DNA from: Clostridia bacterium
GTDB lineage: Bacteria; Bacillota; Clostridia; Oscillospirales; Acutalibacteraceae
DNA: 64,000 bases
Assembly: GCA_029226955.1 (NCBI GenBank)
Contig: JAQXZA010000137.1
Span: 13,005-77,004 of the forward strand
Direction: 5' to 3'
Shown: positions 1 through 9,378 of the stretch, one piece after another
How positions within the stretch are numbered: position 1 is the stretch's first letter
Layout: every line of letters starts with the position of its first letter
Position numbers and translations under genes: made by a program
Notes under the pieces: model-generated
The model's database searches: none
Seen by the model: only the letters and a program-made list of their open reading frames with translations
Told to the model about the DNA's origin: nothing

Positions 1-645
1 AAAAAGCTTTCGGCTTTTCAGAACGGCGAGTACGATATAATGCTTGGCACACAAATGGTCGCAAAGGGACTTGACTTTCCGAATGTAACGCTTGTCGGAG
101 TTCTCTCGGCAGACCAGATGATGCACAACTACGATTACCGAAGTTATGAACGCACTTTTTCACTTTTGACACAGGTTGTCGGACGTTCAGGCAGAGGCGG
201 TATTGAGGGCAGAGCAATAATTCAGACCTTTGAACCCGAAAATCCGATAATTGAACTTGCCGCCGCACAGGATTACAATGAATTTTTCAAAAACGAGATA
301 AGGCTCAGGCGGTCAATGCTTTATCCGCCTTTTGCCGATATATGCGTAATAGCGTTCATAGGCACAGACCAGCAAAAGACAAAAAATGCGTCCGAATTTT
401 TTACAAAAAGCCTTACCGACCTTGCAAAGACTTCATACAGTGAACAGCCGCTACGTGTTTTAGGACCTTCACCGGCTATGGTTTCAAAAATAAACAATAA
501 ATTCCGTTATCGGCTCATAATAAAATTCAAAAACAACAAGCGTTTTCGTGAAATGCTTTCCATACTGCTTACGGATTTTGGCAAAAACCGCACTTATTCC
601 GACATTACCGCCTATGCCGACATAGACCCGGACAACATTATTTAG
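1..645 (+). CDS. priA: Primosomal protein N' (replication restart helicase PriA), C-terminal fragment; the 5' end lies upstream of the window
   Basis: The reading frame is open from base 1 in the frame of ORF 40..645. It shows helicase C-terminal motifs (GTQMVAKGLDFPNVTLVGV, QVVGRSGRG). def-fmt follow directly, the usual Firmicute synteny. Confidence 0.9.
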   Translation, partial: KKLSAFQNGEYDIMLGTQMVAKGLDFPNVTLVGVLSADQMMHNYDYRSYERTFSLLTQVVGRSGRGGIEGRAIIQTFEPENPIIELAAAQDYNEFFKNEIRLRRSMLYPPFADICVIAFIGTDQQKTKNASEFFTKSLTDLAKTSYSEQPLRVLGPSPAMVSKINNKFRYRLIIKFKNNKRFREMLSILLTDFGKNRTYSDITAYADIDPDNII

Positions 646-678
646 TGTGGAGTGTGGAGAGTGGAGTGTGGAGTTGTG
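646..678 (+). repeat. C-free tract of about 4.5 tandem heptamers (TGTGGAG-like), starting directly after the priA stop codon
   Basis: Sequence read directly: tgtggag tgtggag agtggag tgtggag ttgtg. Bases 647-675 recur with one mismatch as a reverse complement at 28781-28809. Confidence 0.8.
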
Positions 679-733
679 CGGACGGTTAGTTTTTAAGACA
701 TTGAGTATAAAAAGATGAAAGGAAGACAGAATT

Positions 734-1195
734 ATGGCAATACGCAATATAGTAAAAGAGGGCGACCCGATACTTACAAAAGTATGCCGCCCTGTTGAAA
801 AATTTGACGGCAAACTTGCCACACTTATTGATGATATGTACGAAACAATGATGGACGGCAATGGTGTAGGTCTTGCAGGTCCACAGGTTGGCATTTTAAG
901 ACGTGTGTTTGTTATCGACATAGGCGAGGGCAAAATAGAATTTGTCAATCCGAAAATCGTAAAAACAAAAGGTGTACAGGAAACAAGCGAGGGTTGCCTG
1001 TCCTGTCCCGGTGAATTTGGAATAACAAAACGTCCTATGTATGTTACCGCAATCGCACAGAACAGATATGGCGACCAGTTCACAATTCACGCTGAGGGAC
1101 TTCTTGCAAAAGCTATTTGCCACGAAAACGACCACCTTGACGGAATACTTTTCAAAGAACACGTAATAAGACCGCTTGAACCCGGCGAGGAATAA
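734..1195 (+). CDS. def: Peptide deformylase
   Basis: Has the three deformylase motifs GVGLAGPQVG, EGCLSCPG and HENDHLDG. Lies between priA and fmt. Confidence 0.96.
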   Translation: MAIRNIVKEGDPILTKVCRPVEKFDGKLATLIDDMYETMMDGNGVGLAGPQVGILRRVFVIDIGEGKIEFVNPKIVKTKGVQETSEGCLSCPGEFGITKRPMYVTAIAQNRYGDQFTIHAEGLLAKAICHENDHLDGILFKEHVIRPLEPGEE

Positions 1196-1219
1196 AACAG
1201 GGGAAAGGAATGAAACTGT

Positions 1220-2143
1220 GTGCGTATAGTTTTTATGGGAACACCTGAATTTGCCGTTCCTTGTCTTAAAGCACTTATAGATGACAAAAACGAAATTGTC
1301 GGTGTATTCACACAACCTGACAAACCAAAGGGCAGAGGATATACTCTTACTCCACCGCCTGTAAAGGTAACGGCACTCGAAAACAATATAGATGTATTTC
1401 AGCCGAAAACACTCAAAGACGGCACGGCACTTGAAATACTCAAAAGACTTAATCCCGAAATGATAGTTGTTGTAGCTTACGGAAAAATTCTTCCGAAAGA
1501 AATAATAGATTTGACAAAATATGGCTGTATAAATATACACGCTTCACTTCTTCCCGAATATCGTGGTGCGGCACCTATCCAATGGGCAGTGCTTGACGGC
1601 AAGAAAAAGACAGGCGTTACCGCAATGTATATGGACGTCGGACTTGATACAGGCGATATGCTTATGAAGTCGGAAACCGAAATAGGCGAAAACGAAACCG
1701 CTGACGAACTTCACGACAGACTTTCTGTTTTAGGTTCGGAATTGATTGTAAAAGTTGTACATTCAGCAGTTGACGGTACGCTTATAAGAGAAAAACAGGA
1801 CGATTCAAAATCCTGTTACGCAAAAATGCTGACAAAGGAAATGTCGAAAATTGATTTCACTAAATCGGCACAGGAAGTACACAATCAGGTCAGAGGACTT
1901 AACTCGTGGCCGTCAGCAAGTGCGTTACTCAACGGCAAGAGAATTAAAATTCACCGTACACTTATTGCACACGGCAAAGGAGAACCGGGACAGGTGTTGT
2001 CGCTGAATCCGCTTGTTGTTGCTTGCGGAGAGGGTGCTGTTGAAATAACGGAATTACAGCCGGAGGGCAAAAAAAGAATGTCAGCACAGTCATTTATTAA
2101 CGGACTGCACAATATCAAAGCGGAAGAACTCAGATTTGAATGA
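1220..2143 (+). CDS. fmt: Methionyl-tRNA formyltransferase
   Basis: N-terminus MRIVFMGTPEFAVP, plus HASLLPEYRGAAPIQWA and a C-terminal Fmt domain. Starts on GTG. Confidence 0.95.
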   Translation: MRIVFMGTPEFAVPCLKALIDDKNEIVGVFTQPDKPKGRGYTLTPPPVKVTALENNIDVFQPKTLKDGTALEILKRLNPEMIVVVAYGKILPKEIIDLTKYGCINIHASLLPEYRGAAPIQWAVLDGKKKTGVTAMYMDVGLDTGDMLMKSETEIGENETADELHDRLSVLGSELIVKVVHSAVDGTLIREKQDDSKSCYAKMLTKEMSKIDFTKSAQEVHNQVRGLNSWPSASALLNGKRIKIHRTLIAHGKGEPGQVLSLNPLVVACGEGAVEITELQPEGKKRMSAQSFINGLHNIKAEELRFE

Positions 2144-2171
2144 AAATTTTAAAGATGATGAGGTTTAAATT

Positions 2172-3506
2172 GTGATGATACAGTTGTCAAGGCAAACAGC
2201 TTTACAGGCACTTTTGCGTGTCGAAAACGATAATTCATATTCAAATATTACGCTCGACAGCGTTCTTTCAAAAAGTAATCTTTCGTCGGCTGACAAGTCT
2301 TTTGCAACAACGATTTTTTACGGAGTAATCGAGAAAAAGCTGCTTATTGACTATAATATTGCGGCTTTCTCAAAAATTCCTGTAAACAAACTTGACACGA
2401 AAATTCTCACAATTCTCAGAATGGGAATGTATCAGCTTTTCTTTATGGACAAAGTTCCCGTATCAGCGGCAGTAAATGAGTCGGTAAAACTCTGTAAAGC
2501 TAATAAACTTTACAGTGCCTCATCTTACGTAAATGCGGTGTTGAGAAGTGCCGCCGCAAACAATCAGATAAAATATCCCGACAAGAAAAAAGGCAAAAAT
2601 AAATATCTGTCTATAAAATATTCCTGTCCCGAAGATATAATAAAATTATGGCGGCAAAGTTACGGTGATGAAATTACAGAGGGGATTTTGCAGTCGCTTG
2701 ACGGCAGACCGCCGCTGACAGCAAGAGTCAACACAACAAAAACAACAGCGGAAAAACTTAAACAGTCGCTGTCAGAAAGCGGAATAACTGTAAAAAATTC
2801 AGAAATTCTCGAAAATGCACTTCTTCTTGAAAATACAGGTGCAGTTGAAAAATTACAGGAATACACAGACGGACTTTTTCACATACAGGACACAGCGTCA
2901 CAGATATGTTGTGAACTTTTGAATCCGCTTGAAAATCAGACTGTACTTGATGTCTGTTCAGCACCGGGCGGAAAAACTTTCACAATAGCGGAACTTATGA
3001 AAAACAAGGGAAAAATAATTGCTTGTGACTTATATCAGTCAAGACTTAATCTTGTGAATGACGGTGCAAAAAGACTTTCGCTTGACATAATCTCCACAAA
3101 TGCCTGTAATGCTGCAGAAGTAAAGGATTTGCCAATGGCTGACAGGGTGCTTTGTGACGTTCTGTGTTCGGGACTCGGAATAATAAGACGAAAACCCGAA
3201 CTGCGATACAAAAAAGAACTTGGAATTGACACTTTGCCGGATTTGCAGTACCTTATACTGTGTAACTGCTCGGCATTTGTCAAAAAAGGCGGTATTCTGG
3301 TATATTCTACCTGTACGCTTAATCCGTCAGAAAATAATCTTAATGCCGAAAAATTTCTTGCGGAACACAGCGACTTTGAACCTGTTGAAATAAATTTACC
3401 GAAAAACATACGCCGTGGAATTGACGAAAAGCCGAATGAACTCACGCTGTTTCCGCACATAAACAATACTGACGGATTTTTCATAAGCGTTTTCAGAAAG
3501 AGGTGA
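2172..3506 (+). CDS. rsmB: 16S rRNA (cytosine967-C5)-methyltransferase RsmB (NusB-like N-terminal domain plus SAM methyltransferase)
   Basis: SAM-binding motif DVCSAPGGKT and catalytic region YSTCTLNPSENN. Position after fmt fits. Start is GTG 2172 or ATG 2175. Confidence 0.92.
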   Translation: MMIQLSRQTALQALLRVENDNSYSNITLDSVLSKSNLSSADKSFATTIFYGVIEKKLLIDYNIAAFSKIPVNKLDTKILTILRMGMYQLFFMDKVPVSAAVNESVKLCKANKLYSASSYVNAVLRSAAANNQIKYPDKKKGKNKYLSIKYSCPEDIIKLWRQSYGDEITEGILQSLDGRPPLTARVNTTKTTAEKLKQSLSESGITVKNSEILENALLLENTGAVEKLQEYTDGLFHIQDTASQICCELLNPLENQTVLDVCSAPGGKTFTIAELMKNKGKIIACDLYQSRLNLVNDGAKRLSLDIISTNACNAAEVKDLPMADRVLCDVLCSGLGIIRRKPELRYKKELGIDTLPDLQYLILCNCSAFVKKGGILVYSTCTLNPSENNLNAEKFLAEHSDFEPVEINLPKNIRRGIDEKPNELTLFPHINNTDGFFISVFRKR

Positions 3507-3510
3507 TATT

Positions 3511-4563
3511 TTGCTTACGGACATCAAGTCAATGTATGAGGACGAACTCAAAGAGGAGTTTGCAAAACTCGGTGAACCTTCATACAGAGCCGCTCAGGTA
3601 TATAAATGGCTGCACAGTGGTGTAAAATCTTTTGATGAAATGACTAATATTCCGAAAACATTAAGACAAAAACTTGTGGAGAATTACTATATATCTTATG
3701 CAGCTATTGAAAAAAAATTGATTTCGGATTATGATGATACAAAGAAATACTTATTTTCGTTTGCTGACGGCGAGGCTGTCGAGTCTGTACTGATGAGTTA
3801 TCACCACGGATATACGAGTTGTATTTCAACACAGGTCGGCTGTAAAATGGGCTGTACATTCTGTGCAACAGGCAAAAGCGGTTTTTCACGAAACCTCACC
3901 GCCTCAGAAATGCTTGCACAGTTACAGACAGAACAGTCAGACAACAATATACGGATTTCAAATATTGTTCTTATGGGAATGGGCGAACCGCTCGATAATT
4001 TTGACAATGTAGTGCGGTTTCTTCATCTTGTAAGCAGTGAACACGGTATGAACATAGGTATGCGTCATATTTCGCTTTCTACCTGCGGACTTGTGCCGAG
4101 AATATATGAACTTGCGGATATGAAATTGCAGCTTACACTTTCTGTTTCACTTCACGCACCGAATAATCAGATACGCAGCCGCACTATGCCGGTAAACAGA
4201 AGATACGATATTGACGAACTTCTCAAAGCGTGCAGATATTATTTCAGGCAGACAGGAAGAAGAATTTCATTTGAATATGCAATGATTGACGGAGTCAACG
4301 ACAGTGATTCCTGTGCAAGAGAGCTTGCGTCAAGGCTTACAGGAATGTCGTGCCACGTTAATCTTATACCTGTGAACACGGTCAGCGGCACAGGCTACAA
4401 AAAAAGCAAAAGGGACAGAATGAAGAATTTTATTGCAATTCTTGAAAAATCAGGGATAACGGCAACTGTAAGAAGAACACTCGGAAGTGACATAAACGCA
4501 TCGTGCGGTCAGCTCAGACGTTCAGTTATTGACGGCAGTGTCGAAAAGGGGGATAAATCATAA
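3511..4563 (+). CDS. rlmN: 23S rRNA/tRNA (adenine2503-C2)-methyltransferase RlmN (radical SAM)
   Basis: Radical-SAM cluster motif CKMGCTFCATG and conserved C-terminal motif ASCGQL. TTG start preceded by the SD AGAGGTGA. Confidence 0.94.
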   Translation: MLTDIKSMYEDELKEEFAKLGEPSYRAAQVYKWLHSGVKSFDEMTNIPKTLRQKLVENYYISYAAIEKKLISDYDDTKKYLFSFADGEAVESVLMSYHHGYTSCISTQVGCKMGCTFCATGKSGFSRNLTASEMLAQLQTEQSDNNIRISNIVLMGMGEPLDNFDNVVRFLHLVSSEHGMNIGMRHISLSTCGLVPRIYELADMKLQLTLSVSLHAPNNQIRSRTMPVNRRYDIDELLKACRYYFRQTGRRISFEYAMIDGVNDSDSCARELASRLTGMSCHVNLIPVNTVSGTGYKKSKRDRMKNFIAILEKSGITATVRRTLGSDINASCGQLRRSVIDGSVEKGDKS

Positions 4564-5291
4564 TGAAGGTATATTCCGGAAGTGACATAGGTCTTAAACG
4601 TAATTCAAATCAGGATTATTGCAAGACCGGAACTTTTCCTGACGGAACGGTTTTTGCTGTTGTGTGTGACGGTATGGGCGGAGCAAACGGCGGCTGTACA
4701 GCAAGTCGTGTTGCTGTCGAAACAATAGTAGGCTCTATAAATAACGGCTATGATTCTTCACTTAAACCCGAAGAAGTAAAGTCGCTTATAGAATTTGCCG
4801 TACAAAAGGCAAATTCAGCGGTCTATGATATGGCGAAAAATGACGAGTCACTTTACGGAATGGGTACAACGGTTGTATGTGCTGTAATAAAGGACAAGCG
4901 ACTTCACATTGTCCACGCAGGCGACAGCCGTGCATATCTTTACAGAAATGATGATATAAGTCAGCTTACCACCGATCACTCAATGGTTCAGGAAATGGTG
5001 TCGGCTGGTCAGCTTACTCCCGAACAGGCACGGAAACATCCGCAGCGAAACTACATTACACGGGCATTAGGCATTGAGCCTGAACTTCGTACAGACTACA
5101 CAACAACAGTGTTTGATGAAAATTCACTGCTCATAATCTGTACGGACGGACTGTCAAATTATGTCAGTAAAGAAAGTCTGCTGTACTTTATCCGTAACAA
5201 CAGCGGCGAAAAATTGACTGAAAAACTTATTGAATCTGCAAAAGAACTCGGCGGCAGCGACAATATTACTGTTGCACTTATTGCCGGCTGA
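4563..5291 (+). CDS. stp: PP2C-family Ser/Thr protein phosphatase (Stp/PrpC)
   Basis: PP2C motifs VCDGMGG, HAGDSRAY and TDGL...GGSDNITV. The start overlaps the rlmN stop (ATAATGA). Immediately precedes the PASTA kinase. Confidence 0.93.
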   Translation: MKVYSGSDIGLKRNSNQDYCKTGTFPDGTVFAVVCDGMGGANGGCTASRVAVETIVGSINNGYDSSLKPEEVKSLIEFAVQKANSAVYDMAKNDESLYGMGTTVVCAVIKDKRLHIVHAGDSRAYLYRNDDISQLTTDHSMVQEMVSAGQLTPEQARKHPQRNYITRALGIEPELRTDYTTTVFDENSLLIICTDGLSNYVSKESLLYFIRNNSGEKLTEKLIESAKELGGSDNITVALIAG

Positions 5292-5315
5292 AAATCTTGA
5301 AAGGAGCTTTCTTTT

Positions 5316-7568
5316 ATGGATAAATATACAGGCAAAAGGCTTGACGGCAGATATGAAATACAGGAACTTATCGGCGTAGGCGGTATGGCAATGGTTTACC
5401 GTGCCTATGACACAATAGACGATAAAACCGTCGCAATAAAAATACTTAAAGATGAATTTCTCGGCAATGAGGAATTTATCCGCCGTTTCAAAAACGAATC
5501 AAAGGCTATTGCCGTTCTTTCTCACCCGAACATAGTAAAAGTGTTTGATGTCAGCTTTGGCGACAGAATACAGTATATCGTTATGGAATATATTGACGGT
5601 ATTACGCTCAAAGAATATATCAGCCATCAGCACGTTATTCCGTGGAAAGAGGCTGTACATTTCACCGTACAGATTTTACAGGCACTTCAACACGCCCACG
5701 AAAAAGGAATAGTACACCGTGATGTAAAGCCGCAGAATATTATGCTTTTACAGGACGGCACAATCAAGGTTACCGACTTTGGTATTGCACGTTTTTCAAA
5801 TACAGAAACACGCACAATGACCGACAAGGCAATCGGTTCGGTACACTATATCGCACCTGAACAGGCAAGAGGTGATGTAACTGACGGAAAGGCGGATATT
5901 TATTCTGTTGGCGTTATGCTTTATGAAATGCTCACAGGTAAATTGCCGTTTGAGGCAGACAGTGCTGTTTCCGTTGCGATAATGCAGTTACAGAATGACC
6001 CGAAACCGCTCCGTGACATAAACGACCAGATACCTGAGGGACTTGAAGAAATTACTCTCAAAGCAATGCGAAAAGACCCAAAACAGCGTTATACATCAGC
6101 CAAGGAAATGCTTGAAGCTATCGAAATTTTCCGTCATAATCCGGCAGTGCATTTTCAGTATAATTATTTTGTCGATGAAACCCCGACAAAATATGTTGAC
6201 GCAATAAACAATGTCCGTTCAGCGTCACCCGAACCCGTTTATGACGATGATTACAACGAACCCGACGACGATGTAGCGGCGGCTCGTTCAAAAACGGCTG
6301 TAAAGTGGCTGACAATAAGCGTCAGTGTGCTGGTTCTTGCCGCAATAATTGTTTTTGTATATATGGCAGTATCAAACGCATTCAAATCTACCGAAGTAAA
6401 GAATGTTGACGTTCCGAACTTTGTCGGACAGATGTATGATGATATACAGAAAAATCCTGATTATAAATTCAAGTTTGAAATTACCGCTAAATATGACGAT
6501 ACACAGCCTGTAAATATTGTTCTCTCACAGGAACCTGAGGCTGGTTCAAAACAGGTAAAGGAAAATTCAACCATAAAACTTGTAATAAACAGCACAAGCA
6601 CTACTGTTGAAGTTCCTAAACTTAAAAAATATTCCGAACAGGAAGCAATAGAAAAATTACAGGCAAAATATTTTAACTATTCCGTTTCAAGAGTGAACAG
6701 CAGTGATGTTGCAAAGGGTTATGTAATTGACTGTTCACCACAGGAAGGCACTCAACAGGAAATCGGCACAACAATTACACTTATTGTCAGTGACGGACCC
6801 GAAACACAACAGGTTGAAATTCCTGATGTTGTAGGTGATACCTACGAACAGGCAAAGGCAGCTCTTGAAGCCAAGGGCTTTACAACACAGAAATCTGTCG
6901 TTGCAAGTGCTGAAATTGCCGGTAAAGTAATCGGTACTGACCCGCTTGCAGGAAATAAACTTTCGACAGGTTCTCTTGTTACAATTCAGGTAAGTGACGG
7001 AAGCAAGATAATAAAATCGCTTTCTCAGGATATAAATTTGCCACAGGACGAATATGCGTTAATTACAGTTGGTATCTATGTTGACGGTCAGAAGTTCGAG
7101 GAATCCAGCGGCATACCGGCTGACGGCTTTACAAAGTCTATTCAACTTGACCCGACAAGCGTAAACAACAATCAGCAGAAAAAAGTTATCGTCAAGATTG
7201 ACGGAGTAAACTATATTTCATATACTTTTGACTTCAAGAATCAGACAATAATCACCAATTTTGATAATATGTCAAAGTATGTTATTAAGCAAGGACCGCC
7301 TGATTTATCATCAGAGCCGTCAGACGAGCCATCAGACGAACCGTCGGACGAGCCGTCAGATGAACCATCAGACGAACCATCAGATGAGCCGTCAGATGAA
7401 CCGTCGGACGAGCCGTCAGATGAACCGTCAGACGAGCCGTCAGACGAGCCGTCACCGGAACAGCCGTCAAACAATCCGCTAGAACCTGATGAGAATACTT
7501 CGAGAGAAACATCACCTATGCACTGGCAGAATCACGGCTACAATGCTGACGCATTGATTATGTTTTAA
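5316..7568 (+). CDS. prkC: Ser/Thr protein kinase PrkC/PknB type, with a TM helix, three PASTA repeats, an extra C-terminal beta-rich region and an acidic (SDEP)11 tail
   Basis: Kinase motifs GVGGMAMVY, AIK, HRDVKPQN, DFGIA and APEQ. TM segment at VKWLTISVSVLVLAAIIVFVYMAV. Three PASTA-like units (VDVPNFVGQ, VEVPKLKKY, VEIPDVVGD). Confidence 0.95.
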   Translation: MDKYTGKRLDGRYEIQELIGVGGMAMVYRAYDTIDDKTVAIKILKDEFLGNEEFIRRFKNESKAIAVLSHPNIVKVFDVSFGDRIQYIVMEYIDGITLKEYISHQHVIPWKEAVHFTVQILQALQHAHEKGIVHRDVKPQNIMLLQDGTIKVTDFGIARFSNTETRTMTDKAIGSVHYIAPEQARGDVTDGKADIYSVGVMLYEMLTGKLPFEADSAVSVAIMQLQNDPKPLRDINDQIPEGLEEITLKAMRKDPKQRYTSAKEMLEAIEIFRHNPAVHFQYNYFVDETPTKYVDAINNVRSASPEPVYDDDYNEPDDDVAAARSKTAVKWLTISVSVLVLAAIIVFVYMAVSNAFKSTEVKNVDVPNFVGQMYDDIQKNPDYKFKFEITAKYDDTQPVNIVLSQEPEAGSKQVKENSTIKLVINSTSTTVEVPKLKKYSEQEAIEKLQAKYFNYSVSRVNSSDVAKGYVIDCSPQEGTQQEIGTTITLIVSDGPETQQVEIPDVVGDTYEQAKAALEAKGFTTQKSVVASAEIAGKVIGTDPLAGNKLSTGSLVTIQVSDGSKIIKSLSQDINLPQDEYALITVGIYVDGQKFEESSGIPADGFTKSIQLDPTSVNNNQQKKVIVKIDGVNYISYTFDFKNQTIITNFDNMSKYVIKQGPPDLSSEPSDEPSDEPSDEPSDEPSDEPSDEPSDEPSDEPSDEPSDEPSDEPSPEQPSNNPLEPDENTSRETSPMHWQNHGYNADALIMF
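7311..7451 (+). repeat. In-frame 12-nt tandem repeat encoding SEP followed by (SDEP) x11 inside prkC
   Basis: Eleven 12-nt units from 7320 to 7451. They differ only at synonymous third positions (tca/tcg, gac/gat, gag/gaa, ccg/cca). Confidence 0.95.
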
Positions 7569-7580
7569 CGGCGGATAAAT

Positions 7581-8468
7581 ATGGGAACTTTAAACGGATT
7601 GATAATAAAGGCAATCAGCGGCTTCTACTATGTTGAAGCCGCTGACACGCTTTATGAATGTAAGGCACGTGGTGTTTTCAGAAAAAAGGGCATAAGTCCG
7701 TCAGTTGGCGACAGAGTCACAATAACCGTTATGAATGACGATAAAGCCTCGCTTGATGACGTATTGCCGAGAAAGAATTATCTGATAAGACCGCCTCTTG
7801 CAAACCTTGACAGACTTTTCATTGTATCGTCTGTTGCCGAACCGTCGGCGAATACCGTTATAATTGATAAAATTACTGCTGTTGCCGTCAGCAAGGGGAT
7901 AGAACCTGTTGTGATATTCACAAAATCTGACCTTGCAGATTGTAGTGAACTTTTGGAAATTTACAAAAAAGCCGGCATAAAGGCTTTTTGTTACAGCATA
8001 AATGACCGAACGGGAAGTGATGAGATTATTTCACTTCTTGAAAACAGAATTTCGGCTTTTACAGGCAATACGGGTGTGGGAAAGTCATCACTTCTTAATT
8101 CACTTTTTCCGAATCTGAATATCGAAACAGGCGAGATAAGCCGCAAACTCGGACGTGGTCGCCACACAACACGACACAGTGAACTTTATAAAGTCGGTGG
8201 TGGTTATGTTGCCGATACACCGGGATTTTCAACGGTTGATATTGAACGCTATGAGATTATAAAACGTGACGAACTTGCGTACTGTTTTCCCGAATTTGAA
8301 CCATATATCAATAACTGTAAATTTACAAGCTGTTCACATACCTGTGAGCGTGGCTGTGCCGTTATTGAGGCGGTAAACAACGGTGAAATTCCTGTTTCAC
8401 GTCACAACAGCTACAAATTTATGTATGATGAAGTAAAGTCAATTCCTGACTGGCAACAGAAAAAATAA
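7581..8468 (+). CDS. rsgA: Ribosome small-subunit-dependent GTPase A (RsgA/CpgA)
   Basis: Circularly ordered GTPase motifs (FTKSDL, GNTGVGKSSLLN, DTPGF) and a C-terminal zinc knuckle (CKFTSCSHTCERGCAV). Confidence 0.94.
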   Translation: MGTLNGLIIKAISGFYYVEAADTLYECKARGVFRKKGISPSVGDRVTITVMNDDKASLDDVLPRKNYLIRPPLANLDRLFIVSSVAEPSANTVIIDKITAVAVSKGIEPVVIFTKSDLADCSELLEIYKKAGIKAFCYSINDRTGSDEIISLLENRISAFTGNTGVGKSSLLNSLFPNLNIETGEISRKLGRGRHTTRHSELYKVGGGYVADTPGFSTVDIERYEIIKRDELAYCFPEFEPYINNCKFTSCSHTCERGCAVIEAVNNGEIPVSRHNSYKFMYDEVKSIPDWQQKK

Positions 8469-8474
8469 TTTGGA

Positions 8475-9119
8475 GTGAAAGAATTGTCAGAAAAACGCTG
8501 TGTAATTATCGGTTCGTCACCCGATACCGAAATATCTGTGCTGACCGAAAACATAAAAAGCGGAGATTTTGTCGTATGTGCAGACGGCGGATATGTTTAT
8601 GCACAACAGGCAAAAATTATTCCGAATCTCATTATCGGGGATTTTGACTCATCAGTTTTTCCACAGAATTATGACGGTGAGGTTATAACTCTGCCTGTAC
8701 AAAAAGACGACACCGATACTATTTTTTGTGTAAAAGAATGTTTAAAGCGTGGATTTAATAATTTTGTCATTCTCGGCGGAACAGGCGGCAGACAAGACCA
8801 TACTTTTGCAAATCTATGCACACTGAAATTTCTTGCCGAAAAAAAGATTTATGCTGAAATAATTGACTCAAAAACCGTCATTTCAGTTATGACAAGCGGA
8901 GTAAAACAGCTTTGCGGCAAAAAAGGAATGACATTTTCGATTTTTCCTTTCGGCTGTGAAAGTTGTGATGTAACACTCAGCGGCTTTATGTATGAACTTA
9001 ACAAAGGAACACTCAAATCCGATTTTCCGCTTGGTGTCAGCAACGAAATTACATCGGACAACGCACAGATAACAATTCACAAAGGCACATCAGTAATAAT
9101 GCTTGTAAAAAATCAATAA
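8475..9119 (+). CDS. thiN: Thiamine pyrophosphokinase
   Basis: Motifs VCADGG, GDFDS, KDDTD and LGGTGGRQDH. Start is uncertain: GTG 8475 abuts the SD, whereas TTG 8484 sits 8 nt after GGAG. Confidence 0.9.
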   Translation: MKELSEKRCVIIGSSPDTEISVLTENIKSGDFVVCADGGYVYAQQAKIIPNLIIGDFDSSVFPQNYDGEVITLPVQKDDTDTIFCVKECLKRGFNNFVILGGTGGRQDHTFANLCTLKFLAEKKIYAEIIDSKTVISVMTSGVKQLCGKKGMTFSIFPFGCESCDVTLSGFMYELNKGTLKSDFPLGVSNEITSDNAQITIHKGTSVIMLVKNQ

Positions 9120-9214
9120 ATTTTGTGTCATAGTGAGTTCAGTGTGTATATTATGTTAGTGTAAGCACGAAACCGACAGTAATATTTACTTACTGTACAT
9201 CGGGCGGTGTTAAT

Positions 9215-9364
9215 ATGAAAAATTGTATAAAAAACGGAAATATTCTTGCGTTCAGCTTAGGACTGTTGGTTTCGTTTATATTTCCGCAATGCTGGCTGAT
9301 TGTCATTGTTGCCGTTCTTCTCATAATTATGGCGATAATGTGGCCTAAGTGTTGCAGATTATAA
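9215..9364 (+). CDS. Hypothetical small membrane protein (49 aa), below the ORF-track size cutoff
   Basis: ORF read by hand: MKNCIKNGNILAFSLGLLVSFIFPQCWLIVIVAVLLIIMAIMWPKCCRL, with two hydrophobic helices. Weak SD (GGTG). Same strand and transcription unit as spoVM. No family recognised. Confidence 0.35.
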   Translation: MKNCIKNGNILAFSLGLLVSFIFPQCWLIVIVAVLLIIMAIMWPKCCRL

Positions 9365-9378
9365 CAGGGGGCAGCTTT

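Noticed and set aside
484-1540. Long minus-strand ORFs (484..1083, 896..1540, 1087..1386) antisense to priA, def and fmt
   Set aside because: They overlap plus-strand genes with unmistakable motifs. Their translations are low-complexity with no motifs, and none has an SD. They are typical shadow ORFs.
7241-7515. Three overlapping ORFs (7241..7474 minus, 7261..7482 plus, 7285..7515 minus) with repetitive translations
   Set aside because: They are artefacts of the 12-nt SDEP repeat being open in several frames. They lie wholly inside prkC.
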